From contig JAUXWY010000270.1 of NCBI GenBank assembly GCA_030681235.1, forward strand, positions 24,643 to 56,642: DNA of 32,000 nt, in the 5' to 3' direction. The notes beneath the pieces were generated by a model. That model searched no databases. It had not been told where the DNA came from and worked only from the letters and a program-made list of their open reading frames with translations. Below, piece after piece: positions 9,088 to 16,573 of this stretch. The number at the start of each line of letters is the position of its first letter. Positions within the stretch are counted from its first letter, which is position 1. The stretch is from Pirellulaceae bacterium (GTDB taxonomy: Bacteria; Planctomycetota; Planctomycetia; Pirellulales; Pirellulaceae). Position numbers and translations under genes: made by a program.

Positions 9088-9207
9088 TAATCTTGGGGGG
9101 ATAATTCATTGCGACGGCACCAAATGCCGAACTGCCTATCGAGCCCTCGGTGAGGTTCCGTTACAATGGCTCCGGTGCGCCTCTACACCCTCGCAAGGTT
9201 CCAGCCC

Positions 9208-9750
9208 ATGTCTGCGTCTGATTTCGTGTCTTGTGTTCAAGGAAGCATCCGCTGTGGGCTCGGCATCACACTTCTCATTGGCCTGTTCAGCGTCTTTGGT
9301 TGCAGCAACGATCCCGCCGGTGATGATCACACTGGCGACGTTTACGACCACGAGGAAATTCCGGCCCACAAGCCGCTCCACTTCGCAGCTGCCATCGACG
9401 CTTTGCAAAAGAAGATGACACAGGGCACCTGGACCCAAGAAGATTTCAACGTCGTGATCGATCTAGTCAAATGGATCCCCGAATTGGCAGCCGAAAGCGA
9501 TTTGCTAGAGGCCGAATGGTTGCAAATCAACGACTTGACGAAACAATTGCTCCAACCGTTGCAAGCGTTGCAGGCCTCAACGGCCCAAGCCAAAGAGCGG
9601 ACACCGGCCAGTCTTAACTTGACGGCTGCGGACCGACAAACACTGCAAACGCTGCTGGATGAACTACAGACTTGGTGTCGCTACAAAACATTGCATGAGC
9701 CGATCTACGATGGTCGAGACGCGCACGATCACGCTGGGCACGATCACTAA
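9208..9750 (+). CDS. Putative lipoprotein with His/Asp-rich termini (possible metal-binding protein)
   Basis: ATG 9208 gives MSASDFVSCVQGSIRCGLGITLLIGLFSVFG-C, a signal peptide with a lipobox-like VFGC. The mature N-terminus SNDPAGDDHTGDVYDHEE and the C-terminus DGRDAHDHAGHDH are His/Asp-rich, and the middle looks helical. The alternative start at ATG 9166 adds 14 aa. No named family recognised. Confidence 0.5.
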   Translation: MSASDFVSCVQGSIRCGLGITLLIGLFSVFGCSNDPAGDDHTGDVYDHEEIPAHKPLHFAAAIDALQKKMTQGTWTQEDFNVVIDLVKWIPELAAESDLLEAEWLQINDLTKQLLQPLQALQASTAQAKERTPASLNLTAADRQTLQTLLDELQTWCRYKTLHEPIYDGRDAHDHAGHDH

Positions 9751-9790
9751 GCTCATCAATTACAACCATCAACCGTAGAGGGACTCATCC

Positions 9791-11416
9791 GTGGAGAATC
9801 AACTGTGGGGCATGCTGTTTCGCTTGTTGCAAGTAACGGCTCAAGCGGGGCCCACGATCTTGGTCGGCTTTTTGGTCGCCGGGGTTATGCGACGGTTGAT
9901 GGGCTACGAACTGACGAAGAAGATGTTCGGCGGCGATTCCTTACGGAGTATTCCTCAGGCTTGGTTGATTGGAATGTTGCTGCCTGTATGTAGCTTGGGC
10001 GCCATTCCGGTGATCCGCCAGATGCACAAAGCGGGTGTTCCCGGCGGTGCGATTTTGGCGTTTGCGTTATCCGCGCCGCTGTTCAATCCGATCAGCTTGA
10101 TGTACGGGTTGTCTCTATCGACGCCGGTTGTGATTGTGACCTTCGCGGCCTTGTCGCTGTTGATTGTCACGATCGTGGGCTTGCTGATTGAAAAATGTTT
10201 TCCATTTCTCGATCGTCCTACCGAGGTCGTGCCGCCCGTTAGCTATGGTGTTCGGAGGATGTTGTCGGTTGGTGACGCCGCTTGTCGCGATGCCTTTCAT
10301 GGGCTGTGGATTTATTTGGCGTTGGGGTTGATCGGTTCTGCCTCGCTGTGCTTGTTCTTGCCTTACGGATTCCTGCAAGACAAGGCCGAGCGAACCGATG
10401 TCTGGGCGCCTTTGTTTATGGCGGTCGTTTCCTTGCCCGTCTACGAAACACCGATGACCATGATCGTCAAATTGGGCGAGATGTTTCAACACGGCAATTC
10501 CGTGGGAGCGGCATTTGCGCTGATGATTTTGGGGGCGGGTGTAAACATCGGCGTGATCGTTTGGTTATGGCTGCACTACGGAAAACTACGGACGTTTGGG
10601 TGCGTGGGAGCCTTGTTCCTGATCGTGGTTGGCCTGTCCTATCTGGTCGACAAACCATTGACACCGGTGGGTGTGGCTCCGGTTGGGCACACGCATGCGT
10701 TTGATGCTTATTGCACACCGTTCGCCCCAAATACAGAGGTGTCCTTCCAAATCGTGTTACAACGATTCTTCCAAAACCTGCAATTGTACGAAGCGGCCAG
10801 TCTCGTCGGCTGGGCTGTTCTGATTCTGGGGGGCTGGCTTCTCTCAATCGATCGCCATGGGAAGATCGAACGGTGGCTGGAGAAGCCGGTGAATCGTTCA
10901 GGAACTTGGGACGTCGAATTATCCGCGAAGTTCTTGAGTGGCACAGTTTTCGCCGGACTTGTCGCTGCCAGTGTCCTCGGTTGTTATTTGTACTACCAAC
11001 CCGTCGAAGAAGTTTTCGCAGAAATGAAGACAGCTCATACGCCGTTGGCCACTGCGGGTAACACGAAAGATTGGGACGGTGTTCAGTACTGGTTACCCAT
11101 TGTCAACGATTGGTCCAGGCGTGTTCAAGTGAGCGCTTACTTGCGACGTGTCCCACAAACAGAATTCCATGAAATGCAGGCGAAGATCTTCCGCGACAAA
11201 CTGGACTTGCTGAGACACGCAGCCGAGGACCGCGAGCCGGAAGTGGCCCAGAAAGCCAGTCTTGCGATGCAGAAGTCGTACCGGCGATTCCGAGCAGCTT
11301 ACTTTCCCTTGCCTCGCGTCAAGCCATTGCCGACCATCGACGAAACGAGCGAAAAAGCGGAGGAATCCAATGAACCCGATTCAGAACCCCTCCACTCCGA
11401 CGAGACTACTTTTTAA
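9791..11416 (+). CDS. UPF0718/COG0701-type (YraQ/ArsP-like) permease with an extra C-terminal membrane-plus-soluble extension
   Basis: Polytopic membrane protein. The N-terminal ~330 aa are collinear with predicted permeases of this family (LLPVCSLGAIPVIRQ, LSAPLFNPISL, GAGVNIG). A further ~200 aa contain two additional helices and a charged tail. GTG 9791 is preceded by AGAGGGA about 8 nt upstream and lies 40 nt after the lipoprotein stop. Confidence 0.72.
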   Translation: MENQLWGMLFRLLQVTAQAGPTILVGFLVAGVMRRLMGYELTKKMFGGDSLRSIPQAWLIGMLLPVCSLGAIPVIRQMHKAGVPGGAILAFALSAPLFNPISLMYGLSLSTPVVIVTFAALSLLIVTIVGLLIEKCFPFLDRPTEVVPPVSYGVRRMLSVGDAACRDAFHGLWIYLALGLIGSASLCLFLPYGFLQDKAERTDVWAPLFMAVVSLPVYETPMTMIVKLGEMFQHGNSVGAAFALMILGAGVNIGVIVWLWLHYGKLRTFGCVGALFLIVVGLSYLVDKPLTPVGVAPVGHTHAFDAYCTPFAPNTEVSFQIVLQRFFQNLQLYEAASLVGWAVLILGGWLLSIDRHGKIERWLEKPVNRSGTWDVELSAKFLSGTVFAGLVAASVLGCYLYYQPVEEVFAEMKTAHTPLATAGNTKDWDGVQYWLPIVNDWSRRVQVSAYLRRVPQTEFHEMQAKIFRDKLDLLRHAAEDREPEVAQKASLAMQKSYRRFRAAYFPLPRVKPLPTIDETSEKAEESNEPDSEPLHSDETTF

Positions 11417-13892
11417 ATTGCTGCCGAACCTCACGGTAGAAATCGCGACAAACGGTGATGGCGGGACGTGAATCGCGAAAGTCCTTCGCGTCAGTGTCGT
11501 AGCAGCGCTGATGAAACGATTCGATAAATTGATTCAATAGACTTGGGGAACTGTTCGCGAAACAAGTTCGCAACCAAGTCGCCGGTGGTTGATGAGCGGG
11601 TCGGGGACGCCCCAGTCTCCGGGCCAATCGCTCCAGTAGCCGAAACGTTGCAACCTCCGCCTGCTGTGGCCAAATCCATAAACCGAATCGCCACCTCAAA
11701 CAAACGAACTGATCGACGATCCAATGTCGAATCCATACCAGCCCAGTCATCAACAACAAACCGACCAGTGCAACGCCCCAATTCTTGAGGCACCATGCCA
11801 CCCAAGCCAACAATCCTTGAATCAAATAATCCGCAACAGTCAATGATTCGGGTGTCGGAGCATAACCGGGTGTCGGTTCGATTGGAATCCAATTGTTCTC
11901 GCCGACGTGTACTTCAGCCCAGAAATGAGCATCCTGCTTGACCACGGCCGTCTTCCCCGTTTTGGCGTTAAAATTCTCGGGATTCACATAGAAGCCAGAA
12001 ACGAATCTCGCCGGGATTCCTTGCGATCGCAACATGAGCACAGCGGCCGTGGCGAACATATAGTCCGGGCCTTGTCGTTCGGTCAAGAACTGAGCCAACG
12101 ATGTTTCCGCGACATCTTGTACTTGAAACTCACGACGCAGACCATTGACGATCCGCTCCACTTGCTCCCACCCCGGCGATGAATCTTGCGTCCAGTCTGC
12201 GGCCAATTCCCGCGCTCGCATGACGGCTTCATCACCAAGGGGCCATTCTAATTCACTTGCCAAGGATGGCGTGGGATTGCCTTCCGAGTCAAGGTTCGTT
12301 GCAGTACGAGGGGATCGAATCTGAGGCCAAAAATTTTTTCGCGGCAAGTCGCCGAGACGAAACCCGCGTCGGATCATTCGAACCAAGGTGAATTCCGGGA
12401 TATCGCTGCCGATCGGCATTTCCAGGCCATCGTCTGGAGTCGTCTGGTAGAACCGTGATTGATTGATCTGTCCAATGGACCAGGCTTCCAAAAGCGGCGG
12501 TGTGGGAATACGAGCGCTCTGCAGGTGTACGAACGCCACTTGATAGTGATGCAGGCTCTGAAAAAGCGAACTCGGATCCATGCGGTTGTAGCAATACCAT
12601 TCGTTGCTGTCACCGGGCATCACGCCGTAGAATTTACGTCGCTCATTGGACTCCGTCTTGAACCAAGTCTCTCCGTCGTACAGGTCAAATGTTTCCAGGG
12701 CCAAATGCGTGGGTGCCGCGCCAGTCACCAACAGGAGGGCATCCGACAACACATCGTCTGGCTTGGGCTTGGGTTTGGCAGAGCCCGTTCGAGTCGTTTG
12801 AAAAGAGGAGCTGTTCTTTTCGACTTTGGCGACCCGGCCGTGATTTTGAATGAAGTTCTCCGTGTGAATTCCTATCGCTTGAGTGGTTTCGGTTCGCGGC
12901 GTCGACTTTTTGTCGCCATGCATTTCCGTGATCACGTCGTACAACGAGCGTTTCTTGGACTCGATAAACATATCGCTGTCGATCGGGCCCTCCGATTGAG
13001 CGGATTTTGTCGCAGCAACCAAGTTTTCACCGTCGCCAACTCCCGAAGTGGCGTACGGATCGCTCCATTGATCACCACCCGAGAAAAAGCTCCACGCCGA
13101 GGTCCAACCCAAAGCGTCTCTGGCCAATCCGGTTGCTAACAGCGCCAATAACAGAACGAGAATTGAAGTCAGACCGAGAATTGAAAACCGAAACGGCAGT
13201 TGGCGGCTCACGCTGCCAATGGCTTTACTTTCGACGCCTTCCCAATAAGTGGTCATCATTCGCCACAGCCCGACAACCCCGAACACACAGGCGAAAAGGT
13301 AGACGGCTGGATCCGGTTTAGCAAACGTGACCATCAACGCCGTGAAGGCGCTGCTGACCAATGCGGCTTGTCGCAGGCGTCGTGAGTGCGCGACCGCCAA
13401 TAGCATGGAGACCGCCAATACCGCGTCGAACGCCAAAAACTCCGGTGGGTCGCCGGTTTGAAATTGGCGATTGATGAACTCCACTACGGGAGCCGCCAAG
13501 ACAACCAAAGCGCCGGCAACGAAACCGATGCTTTGCACCCGGAATATTTCGCCAGGCGTGGCTTGCCCTCGAGCAACGCTCAACTTTGTGTTTCGCCATC
13601 GCCACACAATCATAAAGACTGCCCAACACAGGACGACGGCCAACGGTTTAATGAAGTAGTACTGCGGCTGTAAGTAAATCGACCACCGCGCCGCTTGCAG
13701 CACCAACAAACTTAAAAAAACCACGGTGGCTGCGCCCAACCAATACTCGGGAAGTCCCGCCCGCGACTCCGTCCCCCGGAGTCCCGTTGACGGGCTCTCC
13801 GGCCCGTTGTCCGACAAACGGTTCTCGAAGTTGGAACCTGAAGTGTCGAGTTCTCGGCCCAAAGCTTGGAGATAATACCGTGGGTGCTTCAT
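11406..13892 (-). CDS. Transglutaminase-like membrane protein (TgpA-like architecture) with a non-canonical catalytic triad
   Basis: N-terminal multi-helix membrane region and a C-terminal transglutaminase core, GPDYMFATAAVLMLRSQGIPARFVSGFYV ... DAHFWAEVHV ... WIPIEPTPG, followed by a helix and a DUF4129-like tail. The start is set at ATG 13892 (MKHPRYY), which overlaps the DUF58 stop as ATGA. The ORF-track start at 14027 would overlap DUF58 by 139 nt. Confidence 0.85.
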   Translation of the reverse strand: MKHPRYYLQALGRELDTSGSNFENRLSDNGPESPSTGLRGTESRAGLPEYWLGAATVVFLSLLVLQAARWSIYLQPQYYFIKPLAVVLCWAVFMIVWRWRNTKLSVARGQATPGEIFRVQSIGFVAGALVVLAAPVVEFINRQFQTGDPPEFLAFDAVLAVSMLLAVAHSRRLRQAALVSSAFTALMVTFAKPDPAVYLFACVFGVVGLWRMMTTYWEGVESKAIGSVSRQLPFRFSILGLTSILVLLLALLATGLARDALGWTSAWSFFSGGDQWSDPYATSGVGDGENLVAATKSAQSEGPIDSDMFIESKKRSLYDVITEMHGDKKSTPRTETTQAIGIHTENFIQNHGRVAKVEKNSSSFQTTRTGSAKPKPKPDDVLSDALLLVTGAAPTHLALETFDLYDGETWFKTESNERRKFYGVMPGDSNEWYCYNRMDPSSLFQSLHHYQVAFVHLQSARIPTPPLLEAWSIGQINQSRFYQTTPDDGLEMPIGSDIPEFTLVRMIRRGFRLGDLPRKNFWPQIRSPRTATNLDSEGNPTPSLASELEWPLGDEAVMRARELAADWTQDSSPGWEQVERIVNGLRREFQVQDVAETSLAQFLTERQGPDYMFATAAVLMLRSQGIPARFVSGFYVNPENFNAKTGKTAVVKQDAHFWAEVHVGENNWIPIEPTPGYAPTPESLTVADYLIQGLLAWVAWCLKNWGVALVGLLLMTGLVWIRHWIVDQFVCLRWRFGLWIWPQQAEVATFRLLERLARRLGRPRPAHQPPATWLRTCFANSSPSLLNQFIESFHQRCYDTDAKDFRDSRPAITVCRDFYREVRQQFKK

Positions 13893-15346
13893 GGAGTTTT
13901 CTCCAGCAACGCACCACCCATGTGCGATGTCGAGTTTGTTGCCTGAGGAATTGGCAACGGACCGGACGGCAAGCGGTTTTCTTGTTCGACGGTGGACGGT
14001 TGACTGTTCGCGGCGGAAACCTCCCAAAACTTAACATTCGGTTTCGGGGAGCAACAAGAGATCAAGTTCAGTGTCGATGCGCGATAGTCGAGATCGTGCC
14101 GAAGCAGAATGACCGCCTGTGAAGGTTCAGACAAGTGAACATTTCCTGTATCTTGGTGCCAAGTTTTCCAATCGCCGATGACAAAATCGGGACGCAAATT
14201 GATGGTCCGCTGCTGATTCCAACGTTCGAAAAAGTCCGCCCAAGACCATTCCGCAATTTGGTCCATCAACTTCTGTACTTGCCGCACATCACCTTGCGTT
14301 TCCCAAATCTGATAGCCCAATTGAATTCGAACGCTGTATCCGGCGGCCCAAAGGGACTCCGCAACCGACAATGCCACCCGGAGTCGGTGTTCGGCACGAG
14401 TGTGGGTTGTTCGGCTGGAGCGGCCCCCATCCGGCTGAAGTCCTTCTAACCAACTCCGCGAGTCGTCGGTGGATACGCTCAAGTCGGAAACATCGATCAA
14501 CAGAGATAGTTGCCGACTCACGGCCTTCTCCGATTCGCGGACCACCAGATTTCCGCTCCGCACGCTTTGTGGCCAATGAATTTTTCGGATCGGATCGCCT
14601 TCTCGGTAAGGCCGAAGCCCCAGAAAATCGCCCTCATCCCCCGCGCGACTTTCGAAACAACGTTCTCCCACGGCCCTCAAGTCTCGGATAGCCAACGAAT
14701 CCGACAACGCGGGAACCGACGGCCAGACGATGCAGGTCTGTTCGAAGTTCAGCCAGCGACTGGAAAGCCAGACGCCGAAGGGAAAGCCCGTCGCGATGGT
14801 GGCACCGGTTTGTGGAAATCGCCCGCGGCGTGTTGGGATATATTCCCAGTGAAACTCGGTGATTGAAAACCCAGGCACTCGGGCCAATGCCGCCATCGGC
14901 TCGTCCGCCACACTAGATAGTGGCTCAGCGGATTGGGAGTCCGATTGGCGATCGTCCAAGAACCGTTGACCAATCATGAGGCCCCACAACGGGAACGGCA
15001 AACGATTGGTGATTCGTAAAGTAATTCGCAAGGCCTGGCCCTCCATGCCTCGCGATTGTTGGACGAGGATGGTTCCGCGACAGGCCCACATTTGAATCCC
15101 GGGCCACCAGACGCCCAACAAAATCACCGCCGTCACAACACTTAGAACAAACCATCCCTGCGGGCCGATCGAAACTCCGACCAAAATCGACGCCAAGGCC
15201 GCCGTGAGCAACCATCCGATCGGTCGCTTCAACCAATAGACGTACTTATTGACTCCGGGACAAAAATCATGATTGCCCGCATAGAACAGACGTTTGACGT
15301 TGATCCAAAACGCTGTCAGCCGTCGCCACTTCGATGCCATGATCAA
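13889..15346 (-). CDS. DUF58-family protein (MoxR-associated)
   Basis: Two N-terminal helices, then the DUF58 signature LGLRPYREGDPIRKIHWPQSVRSGNLVVRE. Sits immediately upstream of, and is translationally coupled to, the transglutaminase-like gene. Confidence 0.85.
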   Translation of the reverse strand: MIMASKWRRLTAFWINVKRLFYAGNHDFCPGVNKYVYWLKRPIGWLLTAALASILVGVSIGPQGWFVLSVVTAVILLGVWWPGIQMWACRGTILVQQSRGMEGQALRITLRITNRLPFPLWGLMIGQRFLDDRQSDSQSAEPLSSVADEPMAALARVPGFSITEFHWEYIPTRRGRFPQTGATIATGFPFGVWLSSRWLNFEQTCIVWPSVPALSDSLAIRDLRAVGERCFESRAGDEGDFLGLRPYREGDPIRKIHWPQSVRSGNLVVRESEKAVSRQLSLLIDVSDLSVSTDDSRSWLEGLQPDGGRSSRTTHTRAEHRLRVALSVAESLWAAGYSVRIQLGYQIWETQGDVRQVQKLMDQIAEWSWADFFERWNQQRTINLRPDFVIGDWKTWHQDTGNVHLSEPSQAVILLRHDLDYRASTLNLISCCSPKPNVKFWEVSAANSQPSTVEQENRLPSGPLPIPQATNSTSHMGGALLEKTP

Positions 15347-15446
15347 TCATTGCCAGTCTACGATGGTCGAAAATAAGCACGTCCCACAAACCGTTCCGAC
15401 CCATTGATTCGCGATCGCCGGACGGTCTGCTGCCCTCTGCGAGTTC

Positions 15447-15452
15447 ATTATA
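15447..15452 (-). promoter_or_regulatory. Candidate -10 box (TATAAT on minus strand) upstream of the DUF58 gene
   Basis: The minus strand reads ...TGTGATCAAGGTATAATGAAC..., about 100 nt upstream of ATG 15346. I found no convincing -35, and promoter consensus in this lineage is uncertain. Confidence 0.2.
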
Positions 15453-15550
15453 CCTTGATCACAGAAGCGGAGGCCATTGGTCCGCTGGAAATCTCGCCAT
15501 AGCAACGCCAAATGTCGCGGCCGGTTTTGGTGGGGCGATTGTGAACATCG

Positions 15551-16303
15551 CTAAAGGGCCTCATCTAGCGGCTTGATGCATTCCGCTCCTTCATGTCGGG
15601 CATTGTTGACGTAATCGGAAACTGGCTCGACGGTAAACGCTTGGCGATCGGTGACAGACAAGACATGGTCCAGTACTTGGCGGCCGTCGGGTTCGTGTGA
15701 CAACCAGGAGTCGTAAAATTCAGGTGGAACAAAGACGGGCATACGGTCATGGATGGCGGCGAGATCGGAGCGGGCGGCTGTGGTCAGGACGGTGCAGGAC
15801 AACAACGCGGACGAGCCGGGGTTCAATTGCTTGTTGGAATCCCACAGCCCGGCAAAGAACAATGTTCGTCCATCGCTGGCACGAATCTGAAATGGCTGCT
15901 TGATTTTGCCGTTTCGGTGCCATTCGTAGTACCCGTCGACGGGAATCAGGCAACGGCGAACAGAGAGCGGTTTGCGAAACGAAGGTTTTTCGTGGGCCGT
16001 TTCGCTGCGGGCGTTGATCATGGAAGCCCCAATGCGGAGTTCTTTGGCCCAACCGGGAACCAGCCCCCACTTCATGAAACTTAGCTCGCGAACGTCCGTT
16101 CCGCCGGGCAGTTGCACCGCTGCGGGGGAGAAGAGCCCGTCGTGGGTCAACGGCCCGCCCAATTGCCGTACGACAGCAATCACTTGCGTGGGCGCGACGT
16201 TGTAGCGTGGCCGAATTTCTGGGAGCAAATCCAGGCCGAGGCCTGCCAACAACGCCGTTGCCCATTCGCGGGGTGATGTGTGCAGGTTGAATCGACCACA
16301 CAT
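15551..16303 (-). CDS. SOS-response-associated peptidase (SRAP/YedK-HMCES family) abasic-site processing protein
   Basis: MCGRFNL at the N-terminus, MINARSETAHEKPSFR, RCLIPVDGYYEW, FFAGLW and HDRMPV are collinear with the SRAP family. The start is set at ATG 16303 so that Cys is residue 2, as the family chemistry requires. The ORF-track GTG at 16312 adds 3 aa. Confidence 0.88.
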   Translation of the reverse strand: MCGRFNLHTSPREWATALLAGLGLDLLPEIRPRYNVAPTQVIAVVRQLGGPLTHDGLFSPAAVQLPGGTDVRELSFMKWGLVPGWAKELRIGASMINARSETAHEKPSFRKPLSVRRCLIPVDGYYEWHRNGKIKQPFQIRASDGRTLFFAGLWDSNKQLNPGSSALLSCTVLTTAARSDLAAIHDRMPVFVPPEFYDSWLSHEPDGRQVLDHVLSVTDRQAFTVEPVSDYVNNARHEGAECIKPLDEAL

Positions 16304-16573
16304 TATTGGCACCTTCGGTCGAAGTCGACTGACGCCCTCGACTCGATCTTACCGCAAAACTTGTCGCCCGTGGGGCTCAGAGTCTCGTGTCAATGAGTCG
16401 TCCGGGCCGACTTCGAGCCAATCCACGACCAGGTCTGACTTGGACTCGACCGATTGAGGCGTCGAGCTGAAACTCACCAAGCTTGGAAGGAACCGATTCT
16501 TCAAGATGTTACAATTTTGACGATTGCATAGGTTGTAGCACCGCGTGGGTCCAATTAGAGTAATCGGGTCCTT

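Noticed and set aside
16517-16522. TTGACG as a -35 box for the RTX gene in the 270-320 nt divergent intergenic region.
   Set aside because: No acceptable -10 hexamer lies at 16-18 nt spacing, and promoter consensus for this lineage is uncertain.
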